64,000 nucleotides of DNA from Alphaproteobacteria bacterium (lineage in GTDB: Bacteria > Pseudomonadota > Alphaproteobacteria > GCA-2731375): the NCBI GenBank assembly GCA_965225945.1, contig CBDDBZ010000035.1:224001-288000 (forward strand). Direction: 5' to 3'. Under the pieces are notes generated by a model that ran no database searches, had not been told where the DNA came from, and saw nothing but the letters and a program-made list of their open reading frames with translations. The translations under genes and the position numbers were made by a program. Shown one piece after another: positions 11,517 to 21,064 of this stretch; positions within the stretch are counted from its first letter, which is position 1, and each line of letters opens with the position of its first letter.

Positions 11517-12305
11517 ATGCCTGACGACACCCGAGACCTCGTCGCCTGGTTGGACCAGGCACAGAGCGGCCCGGCGCCGATGCCGGAAATCCTGGAGGCG
11601 CATCCCGAGTTGACGGCGCGCGAGGCCTACGCGCTGCAACTGGCGGTGATGGACGCGCGGGTCGGCTGCGGCGACCGGATCGTCGGCTATAAGGCCGCGC
11701 TCACCAGCTTGGCGATGCAGGAGGAGACGGGTATCCACGAACCGATGCTGGGGACGCTGTTGGCCAGCCGCGTCTTTCCCGAGAACGAAGCGGTCTCGCA
11801 TTCCGCCCGGGGCTTCATGCGCCCGTCGCTGGAGCCGGAGATCGCGGTGCTGCTGAAGGATCGGCTGGAGGGGCCGGGGATCGGCGCGCTCGACGCGCTT
11901 CGGGCCGTCGCCGGCTATCTGCCGGCGGTGGAGATCGGCGATTATCGGCTGGCCTCGGGCGTCGGCTCGCTGCAGTGCGCGGTCGCCTGCAACACCTTCA
12001 ACGGCGGCATCGTCGTCGGCGCGCGGCTCACCCGCCCGGAGGGCATCGACCTCCGCGTCGAGGGCATGTCGCTGCGGCTGAACGACGAGCCGGTGGCCTC
12101 CGCGACCGGGGTCGAGGTGCTGGGCGATCCGTTGAATTCCCTCGCCTTCATGGCCAACAAGCTCGCGGAGTTCGGCCGTGCCTTGGAGCCCGGCATGCTG
12201 CTGATGACCGGCTCCCTCACCGCCTCGATCCCGCTTGCGCCGGGCGATAGGGTCGACGTCGCCTTCACGCGATTGGGATCGCTCACGCTTCGGCTGGTCG
12301 CGTAG
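11517..12305 (+). CDS. 2-keto-4-pentenoate hydratase / FAH family protein
   Basis: GYKAALTS, EPEIA, VLGDPLNSL, TGS; GGAGGG RBS upstream of ATG 11517. Confidence 0.85.
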   Translation: MPDDTRDLVAWLDQAQSGPAPMPEILEAHPELTAREAYALQLAVMDARVGCGDRIVGYKAALTSLAMQEETGIHEPMLGTLLASRVFPENEAVSHSARGFMRPSLEPEIAVLLKDRLEGPGIGALDALRAVAGYLPAVEIGDYRLASGVGSLQCAVACNTFNGGIVVGARLTRPEGIDLRVEGMSLRLNDEPVASATGVEVLGDPLNSLAFMANKLAEFGRALEPGMLLMTGSLTASIPLAPGDRVDVAFTRLGSLTLRLVA

Positions 12306-12363
12306 TGCGTCGGACGATCGAATAGAAACGCGTCCGCCTCCAGATAAGGGGTTGCCCGTTCAC

Positions 12364-12628
12364 TAGAGCACTTTCCGATCAGGTTGAATCGTTTGATGGG
12401 CCAAATCGGCCCCTGGGGCAGCCGCGCCGCGCCGCGCGATGTGGTTCATCGGGCAAGCGGCCGGGCGCACCCCAGGGGCCGAGTTGGCCCACCGACGGCC
12501 GGGTTCTTTCGCGCCGTGGCGGCGTTCCGCTCGCTCACCGATACCCCGCATCGCCGTCGCGAGCGGAACGCCGCCACGACCCAAAATCATCCCGGTCAAA
12601 CGTTTCAACCTGGTTGGAAAGTGCTCTA
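12364..12628. repeat. TAGAGCA-ended palindromic MITE-like element (long form)
   Basis: tagagcactttccgatcaggttgaa...ttcaacctggttggaaagtgctcta terminal IR; internal core shared with 40259-40436. Confidence 0.8.
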
Positions 12629-13061
12629 ATTCCCACAATTCAACATTCAAGACCTGACCACCGTCCCCGACCGCCTACTCCTCGCTCGGGCGGGAGCGGG
12701 AAGCCGAGGTTCTGGAGCTGTGCAGGTTTCTCGGATGCCTCGCGAGCCGTGGTGATGGGGCGCGGTGTTTGCCGGCGTCCGGAGAAGCGCCAAGGCACGA
12801 AATCGCGGGATGCAGTGCGTCGCTATGGGGATTTGAGCGCGACGGTGCTGGTGGTGTGGTTGTCTGGGCGGCCCACATATGGGGCGTGAGGCGCACTGAG
12901 AAGGTCGTCGAGCGCGGTGGAACGTTGGCAACGGGCGCGCGATCGGGTCCACGACGGCCGGTGATGCTGTCGTTTTCGGTGTCCCGGGCGAGCGAAGTCG
13001 ATCGCCGAGGCTCGGCGGAGATGGTCGCTGATGTTTTGGGCCGGTGTCGTCGCTGCGCGTG

Positions 13062-13455
13062 TCATGAGCTGTCGATGGCCTCCGGTGGGGGCCGGGCCTT
13101 TGGTTGACAGCCGGCTTCGAAGACCTCGACGACGATCATGGGACCGCCGCAACAGGGACAAGGTCGGGCGCCGTGGCGTTGTTCGTCTGGAGCATCGCAA
13201 GCCTCGCCCTCACCCTTGTTCGTGTCGGCAGCCGGCGGTGCGCCGAGCAGTTCACGGGCGCGCTTGATGTTGGCGGCGCGGTTGCCGTTGGCGAAGAGGC
13301 CCCCGGATCAAGTCCGGGGCAGGCTCCGTGGCGGATGCGGTGGAAGCCCTTGGGCAGCACATGCATGAGGAAGCGGCGAATGAACTCGGCCACGTCGAGG
13401 GTCATGGTTCCGTAGCTCTCTTGCCCGTTCCGGCGATAGTCCTTGCAGGTGAAGG
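13062..13455 (-). pseudogene. C-terminal fragment of an IS91-family (Y2) transposase, truncated by IS21 and frameshifted by a small palindrome
   Basis: EFIRRFLMHVLPKGFHRIRH, then GLFANGNRA...PCPCCGGPMIVVEVFEAGCQP...IDSS* in a shifted frame. Confidence 0.85.
13301..13327. repeat. Small palindromic repeat (CCCCGGA-TCAAG-TCCGGGG) inserted in the IS91 remnant
   Basis: 7-bp stem interrupts the expected HRIRHYG motif. Confidence 0.7.
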
Positions 13456-13658
13456 TGTCAATCGGCGTTGAACATTGACCCCCTATCGGCGTGCAATGTT
13501 GACCCCTTTGGGGATGCACGGCGGAGGTCGTACAGGTAGTCCATAGGAGGGGCCCGCGCGCGGGCCGACGCGCCCACCACGCGGCTGGCGGCGGACCGCG
13601 CGTGGGAGGTTCCTGTGGGCCCACCTGGGCGACCGGGCGGCAGGTGGATCGGTTGCCT

Positions 13659-14387
13659 TTAGGACCGATTCTTGAAGCGCCAGGAGTCGTTTCCGGTCTC
13701 GATGATCTCGCAGTGGTGCGTCAGACGATCGAGGAGCGCGGTGGTCATCTTGGCGTCGCCGAAGACGGACGGCCATTCGCCGAAGGTCAGGTTGGTGGTG
13801 ACGATGATCGAGGTGCGCTCGTAGAGCCGGCTGACGAGGTGGAACAGCAGCTGGCCTCCGGTTTGGGCGAAGGGCAGGTAGCCGAGCTCGTCGAGGATGA
13901 CGAGGTCGCGCCGGGCCAGCTGATCGGCGAGCCGGCCCTGGCGGCCGGCGCGGGCTTCGGCCTCGAGCCGGTTGACCAGGTCGACGACGTTGAAGAAGCG
14001 GCCCCGGGCGCCATCGCGGATGCAGGCCCGCGCGATGGCGACGGCGAGATGGCTCTTGCCGGTGCCGGTGCCGCCGATCAGCACGGCGTTGCGCTGGTTG
14101 GCCAGGAAGCCGCCGACCGCCAACTCGCGGACCAGCGGCTCGTTGACCGGGGTGTCGGTGAAGTCGAAGTCGGCCAGCTCCTTGGCCAGCGGCAGCTTGG
14201 CGCCACTCATCTGGTACTTGATGGATCGCGCCTGCTTGTCGGCGATCTCGGCCTTCAACAGCTCGCCGATGATTCGCTGCATCGGATGCTGGCGCTTGAG
14301 GCCGTCGGCGAGCACCTCGTCGAACGCGTCGCGCATGCCGGCGAGCTTGAGTGCGGCCATCATCTCCAGGACCTCATGGCGCTCCAT
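13659..14387 (-). CDS. istB: IS21 helper ATPase
   Basis: GGTGTGKS Walker A, LDELGY Walker B, LLDRLTHH. Confidence 0.96.
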   Translation of the reverse strand: MERHEVLEMMAALKLAGMRDAFDEVLADGLKRQHPMQRIIGELLKAEIADKQARSIKYQMSGAKLPLAKELADFDFTDTPVNEPLVRELAVGGFLANQRNAVLIGGTGTGKSHLAVAIARACIRDGARGRFFNVVDLVNRLEAEARAGRQGRLADQLARRDLVILDELGYLPFAQTGGQLLFHLVSRLYERTSIIVTTNLTFGEWPSVFGDAKMTTALLDRLTHHCEIIETGNDSWRFKNRS

Positions 14388-15885
14388 GGCCGACCCCCCT
14401 CAAGCGGTCGTAGCGGGTGCAATCGGCCACCGGCTCAAAGCGAAGACGCAGGTTCGCGGGCGTCGGGATCGGCGCCGTCTCGGACGGCTGGCGCCGACGA
14501 TTGAGGATGTTGAGCACGACGTCGGCGCTGCACACGCCGCCAGCGAGCGCCTCGGCACAGGCGGCCTCCACCGCCGCCAGCCCATCCGCCAGCACGGCGG
14601 TGAGGATCTCGACCATCTGCCTGTCGCCGTCGTCGTGGCCGGCGAGCCGGACGCGCACGCGACCCAGGGCGCCGGGCAGCGCCCAGTCCTTGAACGGCGC
14701 GCCGTTACGAAGCGCACCGGGCTTCCTCGCCAGCACGGGCACGTAGTGCCACGGGTCATAGACGGTCTGGTCGCGGCCGAAGCGCCGGGCATGCTCGGCG
14801 ACGATCTCGCCGTCCTGGCGGATGACGATGCGATCGGCGTAGGCATGGACCTCGACCGGACGGCCGACGGCGCGCGCCGCCACGCTGTACTTGTTGCTGT
14901 CGAAGCGCACCAGGCAGGTCTTCGACACCGACGCCGGGACCGCGTGGAAGCCGTCGAACGGCCCGCGATAGCCGACCAGGGACGGACGCTCGTCCTCGAA
15001 CACCTGCCAGACAGTCCTGTCCTTGAACACCGGGTGGGGATGACGCCGGGCGTAGGCGACGCACTGGTCCAAGAGCCAGGCGTTGAGCTCGTCGTAGGTC
15101 TTGAAGCGCAGCCGCGGGGTGAAGAACCGACCGCGGATGATCCCGACCTGGTTCTCGACCTGCCCCTTCTCCCATCCCGCTCCCGGCGTGCATGCTGTCG
15201 GTTCGACCAGGTAGTGGCCACACATCTGCACGAAGCGCCGGTTGAACGCGCGCTCCTTGCCGATGAGGACGGTCTGCACCGCCGTCTTCATGTTGTCGTA
15301 GATGCCTCGCCGGCAGGCACCCTGGAACAGCCGGAATGCCCGGTCGTGGGCGTCGAACACCATCTCCTGGCTCTCGCGCGGATAAGCGCGGACGAAGAAC
15401 ATTCGGCTGTGGCACAGCCGGACGTGCGCGACCTTGACCTTGGTCGTCACCCCCGCCAGCACCACGTACTCGTGGCTCCAGTCGAACTGATAGGCCTCGC
15501 CCGGCGAGAACACCAACGGCACATAGGTCTGCGCCGTCGATGCCGAACGGCGCCACCGCCACGCCTTGGCGTAGCGCCGCACCGCGTCGTAGCCGCCGCC
15601 ATAGCCCAGACCCTCGAGGGCTTCGGAGATCCGTAGCAGCGTCAGCCGCTCCCGCTTCGACTTGGTCTCGTTGGCCTCCAGCATCCGCTCCAGCTCGGCC
15701 GTCCACGGCCCCAGCTTCGGCATCGGCTGGACCCGCCGGTCGTAGGTGAACGCCGTCGCCTGCGAACAGATCACCTTGCGCACCGTGTTGCGCGAGACCT
15801 TCACGTCCCGCACGATCTCCTTGATCGGCTTCCCCTTGACGAAATACTCCCGCCGGATCCGCGCTATCGTCTCCACGACCAACAT
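14374..15885 (-). CDS. istA: IS21 transposase
   Basis: N-terminal HTH; [12 protein letters not shown] and EKGQVEN DDE motifs. Confidence 0.96.
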   Translation of the reverse strand: MLVVETIARIRREYFVKGKPIKEIVRDVKVSRNTVRKVICSQATAFTYDRRVQPMPKLGPWTAELERMLEANETKSKRERLTLLRISEALEGLGYGGGYDAVRRYAKAWRWRRSASTAQTYVPLVFSPGEAYQFDWSHEYVVLAGVTTKVKVAHVRLCHSRMFFVRAYPRESQEMVFDAHDRAFRLFQGACRRGIYDNMKTAVQTVLIGKERAFNRRFVQMCGHYLVEPTACTPGAGWEKGQVENQVGIIRGRFFTPRLRFKTYDELNAWLLDQCVAYARRHPHPVFKDRTVWQVFEDERPSLVGYRGPFDGFHAVPASVSKTCLVRFDSNKYSVAARAVGRPVEVHAYADRIVIRQDGEIVAEHARRFGRDQTVYDPWHYVPVLARKPGALRNGAPFKDWALPGALGRVRVRLAGHDDGDRQMVEILTAVLADGLAAVEAACAEALAGGVCSADVVLNILNRRRQPSETAPIPTPANLRLRFEPVADCTRYDRLRGVGHGAP

Positions 15886-16186
15886 CCCCCACCACCTCGT
15901 CCGCCCAAAAACGAGGTGACTTGGACTAGCCAGGCTCAGGGGGTCAAATTTGGACGCCGATCACCCCTCAACAGGGGTCAACTTTGCACGCCGTTCCACA
16001 TCGGACCGCCGAGACCGCGCACGCCCCCATCGACCGCGCCCCGCTCCCGGGCGTGGTCGAGCGCGGCGCCGTAATTCCGGACAGCTGCCTATTTTCCCCG
16101 GCTACGCCGCTCCGTTTCCCGGAGCGATTTCATCGGGTCGGACCACGCGATAGACTACGGCGCGACGACGCGAGGGGAGGGGAGCC

Positions 16187-17155
16187 GTGGCGGACCAGTT
16201 CGATTACGTGATCGTCGGCGCCGGCTCGGCCGGGTGCATCCTGGCCAACCGGTTGAGCGCCGAGGGCCAACACAGCGTCTGTCTCCTGGAGGCCGGGCCG
16301 CCGGACTGGAATCCCTACATCCATATGCCGGCCGGTTTCATCAAGCTGCTGGACAACCCGAAGCTCAACTGGCTCTGCGAGGCCGAGCCCAGCCATTGGA
16401 CCGGCGGCCGCGTCATCGGCGTACCGCGCGGCAAGACCCTCGGCGGCTCCTCCTCGATCAACGGGCAGATCTATAACCGCGGCCAACGCTTGGACTTCGA
16501 CACCTGGTCCCAGCGCGGCAACAGGGGCTGGGGCTACGCCGACGTGCTGCCCTATTTCCGCCGCTGCGAGAAGCGGATCGGCGGCGAGGAAGATCAATTC
16601 CGGGGCCGCGAGGGCAATCTCACGGTCACCGACCTGAATTACAGCCATCCGCTCTGCGAGGCCTTCATCGAGGGCGCCCAAACGCTCGGCATTCCCCGCA
16701 ATCCCGACTACAACGGCGCCCGCCAGCTTGGCATCTCCTACGTCCAGCGCACGCACCAGGGACGCCGTCGGATGAGCTCGGCCCGCGCCTTTCTCGGACC
16801 CGCCAAATCACGCTCGAACCTGGTGGTCCACACCGGCGCGCACGCGACCCGCCTGCTGCTCGACGGCAAACGCGCCCTCGGCGTGGAATACGCCAAGGGC
16901 GGGCACGGCGGCGCGGCGCTCGAGGTCCGGGCGCGTCGCGAGGTGATCGTCAGCGGCGGGGCGATCAACTCGCCGCAGCTCCTGCAGCTCTCGGGCATCG
17001 GCCCGGCGGCGCTGCTCGGCTCGCTCGGCATCGAGGTGAAGCACGAACTGGCCGGCGTCGGCGAAAACCTGCGCGACCACTACGCGCCGCGCTTCTCCAT
17101 GCGGGAAAAGGGGTCATTGTACTTTATTCGCTGGAGCGGAATAAAAGCAGAATGA
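16187..17155 (+). pseudogene. 3'-truncated GMC oxidoreductase (choline dehydrogenase-like)
   Basis: GAGSAG, GKTLGGSSSING, GENLRDHY; similarity ends at ~17100 in a hairpin element and the C-terminal catalytic domain is absent. Confidence 0.85.
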
Positions 17156-17164
17156 CCCCTTTTC
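17105..17164. repeat. 60-bp hairpin element
   Basis: gaaaaggggtcatt...aatgaccccttttc perfect 14-bp arms plus imperfect inner stem. Confidence 0.75.
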
Positions 17165-17272
17165 TCTTTTCTTGGCCATCCAGGAGTTGGGGTCCCAGGT
17201 CTCGAACGTCGAATCGCAGGTGCCGACCCGCTCGACCGCGTTCGGAGCCGATCCCATGATCCCGAATTTCGT

Positions 17273-18139
17273 CTACGCCGCGCGCAGCGCCTTCAGCTTG
17301 ACCAGCATGGAGAGCGTGCGCTCGAACCTGCGGTCGAGCGTGGCGTCATGGCGCTGCAGCCGTTCCAGCGCCGCCTCGTCGAGGGCGCTGGCGAAGAGGT
17401 GGTCGCGGATCAGATCCGCGTACACCAGCACGGCGCGGCGGGCGTCGAGCGCCGGCAGGAGCGTCTCGTGCAGCCACGCGAAGAGCGACGGCTCGGCCCC
17501 AGGGTCGCACGGGGTCTCCGCCGCCACCCGATACCAGGCCTCGCGCGAGGCCCGATCGAGACGCCGCTCGATGCCGCCCTCGGTGGCGCGGGCGCCCGCG
17601 GCGTAGCGCCCGGCCGCGCGCGCCGCCTCGAGCCGGGCGTCGAGCGCGGCCAGCGCGTCGCGCCGCCCCGCCTGGTCCAGGCGCAGGACGTCGCGCACGG
17701 CGTCGGGCGCGACGCGGGAGGTGTCCGAGACCAGGAGCAGCGGCGTCGCCAGCCAGGCCGACTCGCCGGAGCTGACGTGGGAGGCCCCGTCCGAAGTCAT
17801 CCGCCGCAGGCGGTCGTGGTGCGCCGCGTGCTCCGCGCGGCGCAGCCGGCGGCGGCGCCAGAGGATGTCCGCGAGCTCCTCGACCAGATGGCTTTCCGTC
17901 GGTCCGGCGGGGGCGTGCTCGCCGCGAAGCTGCTCCAGGAGCTCGGCGCGCTGCTCCGCGTTCTCCCAGGGCAGCACCGGCGCGGCGCCGGCGAGACCGT
18001 GGCGCGTCGCGTTCAGCCGCCGGGGCACGGGTGGGCTCGGGTCGCAGGGCAATGGCTCGGACAAGGGCTGGACTCGTCGATAAGAAATTTCGATCGCGGC
18101 AATAATCCCCCAGGTAGGAAATCTAGTGTCAAAATACAA
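17273..18139 (-). CDS. Hypothetical protein of the widespread NA(L/T)xHGL...WRxxR type; start uncertain
   Basis: LNATRHGL, E..LVEELA..LWRRRR, LQRHDATLDRRFERTL motifs; GC-rich codon usage. Confidence 0.6.
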   Translation of the reverse strand: MYFDTRFPTWGIIAAIEISYRRVQPLSEPLPCDPSPPVPRRLNATRHGLAGAAPVLPWENAEQRAELLEQLRGEHAPAGPTESHLVEELADILWRRRRLRRAEHAAHHDRLRRMTSDGASHVSSGESAWLATPLLLVSDTSRVAPDAVRDVLRLDQAGRRDALAALDARLEAARAAGRYAAGARATEGGIERRLDRASREAWYRVAAETPCDPGAEPSLFAWLHETLLPALDARRAVLVYADLIRDHLFASALDEAALERLQRHDATLDRRFERTLSMLVKLKALRAA

Positions 18140-18281
18140 CCGTAGCAGCGGAAAATACTTATTTCCATATATGCGGTATTAAGGTTTTTCAGGCCCGAGA
18201 GGCGTTTTTTGCAGAACGACATTCGGCCGGGCCGCGGCGAAGCGGGAACGGCGTTGAATTTCAATATCTTGATGGTATTTG

Positions 18282-19916
18282 GTCGGCTGTTAAGAAGCGG
18301 TTCTGACCGCCGGCATTGAGATCGAGTCGGCCGATATGGCGGCGATGGTTTTGCGCGAGAGAAGCTTCAGCCACCGGAGGAGGAGGCGGAAGTCGTAGCC
18401 AGGGGCGCTATGCGGGCATTGTGATCAAGTCGGCCAATACGGCGGCGATGATTTTACGCAAAAAAAGCTTCAGCCACCTGAGGAGGAGGCGGAAGTTGTA
18501 GCCGGCGGCGCTCATCACGGCGTTGATCCGGTCGCCGAGCCGTCCCTTCAGGTGGTTCCGGTCGAGATGGCCGTCGGTCTTGCAATGGCCGATGACGGCC
18601 TCGATGGCGCTTCGTCGCCGGAGCTCCTTTTTGATCTGGCCGTGGACGCCGCGCTTCTGGCCCGACTTGAAGACCCGCAGCGGCTTCGGCGCATCGTGGC
18701 CCCGGTAGCCCTTGTCGACATAGACCCGCTCGATCGCGCGCCCCGTCAGGGTCTCGGTCTCCTCCAGCACCTCCTTCAAGGTGTGGCGGTCGTAGGGAAT
18801 GCCGGGGAGCGCCTTGGCGTGGAGGATGAACTGTCCGCCTTTGCAACGCTTGTTGGTGGTGGTGAGCGAGACCTTGACGCCGAACTCGTAGGGCTTCGCG
18901 GCTTTGCCTTTGCCGATGCACTCGACCTCGGGGGCATGCCATGAATAGAGCTTCCAGCCGCGCTGGCGTTGCTTCTGGCCACGGATCTGGCGGGCCCTGA
19001 GAAGCGCCGTCGCGAAGACTTCCTCCAGCGCCCGATCGCCCTCGATCTTGCGCTCGATATCACGGATGAGCCGGCCGAGCCGGGTCCGCAAGAACTTCAG
19101 CTCCCGGTTCATCCGCTTGAACTGTTTGGCGTGGGCGTATCGGCCCACCATCATCGCCGCCCGCCGCGCCACCCGAACATAGCTCTGGCGGAGCTCCACG
19201 CCATGGCGCTTGGCCAGCTCGCCGAGCTCGTCGATCGCCCTCTTCAGCAGTTTGGCGTCGGTCGGGAAGGTGATGTTCTTCGGCTGCACCGTGGTGTCGA
19301 CCGTGACCCGGGCGAGATCGCTCTTCTTCAGGGCGCCGGTGTCATGGGCAACGCGCAGGCTCTCTTGCAGCAGGATATCCAGGCGATCACCCAGGCGCTT
19401 CCTCCAATGGCTCAATCCCGAGCGTTCGTGGGGGAGCCCGTGCTGGAAGAATTCCTCGCCGGTGAAGTACTGGAAGTAGGGATCGTGCTCCCAACGCTCC
19501 CAGAGCTGCTCGTCGGAGAGCGTGTAGGTGTGCTTCAGCACGAACATGCCGATCATGAAGCGGACCGGCTCGGCGGGTCGGCCGTTGTCGGCGAAGCGGT
19601 CCGTCAGGTGTTCCTCGATCCAGGCCCAATTGATCCTCTCGGCCAAGAGGACGAGCGGGTGGCCCATGTTGATGATGTGGTCGAGGCGCGAACGGAAGAG
19701 GTCGTCGTGATCGGCCTTGGGAGACTGCTTCGGTCGCATGGGAGCCCTCATAATCACGAGCTTGACTATAACATGAATCAGCGAAAAATAGAACATAAAA
19801 TCAAACGAAATTGCAAGAAATCCACCTTGCCTCAGGCGATTTCTTGCAAACTCGAACCGTGCCTCACGACGAATACACCAACGATGCCGCCGAAATTCGG
19901 GAATTTAACGGCCGAC
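18282..19916 (-). mobile_element. IS5-family element
   Basis: IRs gtcggctgttaa / ttaacggccgac; TATTTG direct repeats at 18276-18281 and 19917-19922. Confidence 0.85.
18408..19739 (-). CDS. IS5-family transposase
   Basis: DUF772-like N-terminus (PYFQYFTG), VDTTVQ, KPYEFG, VDKGYRG, RSAIEAVIGH. Confidence 0.93.
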   Translation of the reverse strand: MRPKQSPKADHDDLFRSRLDHIINMGHPLVLLAERINWAWIEEHLTDRFADNGRPAEPVRFMIGMFVLKHTYTLSDEQLWERWEHDPYFQYFTGEEFFQHGLPHERSGLSHWRKRLGDRLDILLQESLRVAHDTGALKKSDLARVTVDTTVQPKNITFPTDAKLLKRAIDELGELAKRHGVELRQSYVRVARRAAMMVGRYAHAKQFKRMNRELKFLRTRLGRLIRDIERKIEGDRALEEVFATALLRARQIRGQKQRQRGWKLYSWHAPEVECIGKGKAAKPYEFGVKVSLTTTNKRCKGGQFILHAKALPGIPYDRHTLKEVLEETETLTGRAIERVYVDKGYRGHDAPKPLRVFKSGQKRGVHGQIKKELRRRSAIEAVIGHCKTDGHLDRNHLKGRLGDRINAVMSAAGYNFRLLLRWLKLFLRKIIAAVLADLITMPA

Positions 19917-19995
19917 TATTTGGAATATTCGGATCGTATTATAAACGCGCTCGAAAACGTCGTCATCAGCCGCCTGGGCGCGCTTACTCTCCGCC

Positions 19996-21036
19996 TCAAG
20001 GGCGGAGGGCGGCCTCCGCCGCGCCCGAGCCGGGCAAGCCGAACTCGCGCGCCAGCAGGGCGTAGCTTCGCCGCCGCGCCGCCTCGTCGTGGGTCCAGGT
20101 GACGATCGCCACTTCGTCGACCTCCAGCTCGCCCGCCAGCGCGCGAATCCGCGCCGCCACCTGCGGGGCCGCGCCCACCAACTCGTGGCGGCGGTACTGC
20201 TCGATTCGGCCCTCCTGTCCGGCTTCGCGCAAAAAGTCCATCGCGACCTCCGCCGGCTCGAACGGCACGAAGACGCCCCGGTCGCGATGGATGCGGAACT
20301 TGACGCGAGAGGCATAGTGGAAGAGCGCCTCCTCCTCGCTCTCGGCTACCAGCGCCCAGACGCAGATCCCGGCCACCGGCTCCGGGTGCCGTTCGCTCGG
20401 CTGGTAGCCGTCGCGGTACATGGCTATCGCCTCGCGCCCGCCCTGGCCGTCGGTGAAGAACCAGGCGAAGCTGTAGGGGAGGCCGAAGTGGGCGCCGACC
20501 TGGGCGCCGTAGCCGGAACTGCCGAGCATCCAGACTTCGGGCACGGTCGGGCCCATGGGGTGGACCTTGAGGCTGGCGAAGACGTGGTCCTCCGGCAGGG
20601 CTGTGTCCGAGATCCAGGCGATCAGGTCGCTGACGTCGCTCGGGAACTGCGCCGCCCGCTGGTTCGCCAGCGGATGGAGGGCGAAGGCGGTGCGCCCGTC
20701 CGAGCCCGGCGCCCGGCCCAGGCCCAGATCGATCCGCCCCGGCGCCAGCGCGTCCAGCACGCGGAACTGCTCCGCCACCTTGAAGGCGGAATAATGCGGC
20801 AGCATCACCCCGGCGCTGCCGATGCGAATGCGCGACGTCACCTGGGCGATCGCGGCGATCAGGATCTCCGGCGCGGTGCCGACGATGGTCGGGTGGTTGT
20901 GGTGCTCGGAGACCCAGAAGCGGTGATAACCCAGCTCTTCACAGTGGCGGGCGAGCGCGATGGTGTCCTGGATCGAGGCTGAGTGCGGACGCCCCTCCAC
21001 GGCGATGGACTGGTCGAGAATGGCGAGACGTGGCAT
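19996..21036 (-). CDS. LLM-class (luciferase-like) flavin-dependent oxidoreductase
   Basis: WVSEHHN, RIGSAGVMLPHY, PGRIDLGLGRAPG. Confidence 0.92.
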   Translation of the reverse strand: MPRLAILDQSIAVEGRPHSASIQDTIALARHCEELGYHRFWVSEHHNHPTIVGTAPEILIAAIAQVTSRIRIGSAGVMLPHYSAFKVAEQFRVLDALAPGRIDLGLGRAPGSDGRTAFALHPLANQRAAQFPSDVSDLIAWISDTALPEDHVFASLKVHPMGPTVPEVWMLGSSGYGAQVGAHFGLPYSFAWFFTDGQGGREAIAMYRDGYQPSERHPEPVAGICVWALVAESEEEALFHYASRVKFRIHRDRGVFVPFEPAEVAMDFLREAGQEGRIEQYRRHELVGAAPQVAARIRALAGELEVDEVAIVTWTHDEAARRRSYALLAREFGLPGSGAAEAALRP

Positions 21037-21064
21037 GCCTCGATCTCAGCTCGCCCGGCGGGGC

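Larger units (their letters stand above)
13456..16000 (-). mobile_element. IS21-family element, copy 1 (2545 bp)
   Basis: TG...CA ends, two ~20-bp GGGGTCAA-type repeats at each end, istA-istB; flanks gaagg/tcgga do not match. Confidence 0.95.

Noticed and set aside
18312-18511. Template/variable repeat pair of a diversity-generating retroelement
   Set aside because: Mismatches are not confined to adenines, no reverse transcriptase is in the window, and the repeat is simply an IS5 tail.
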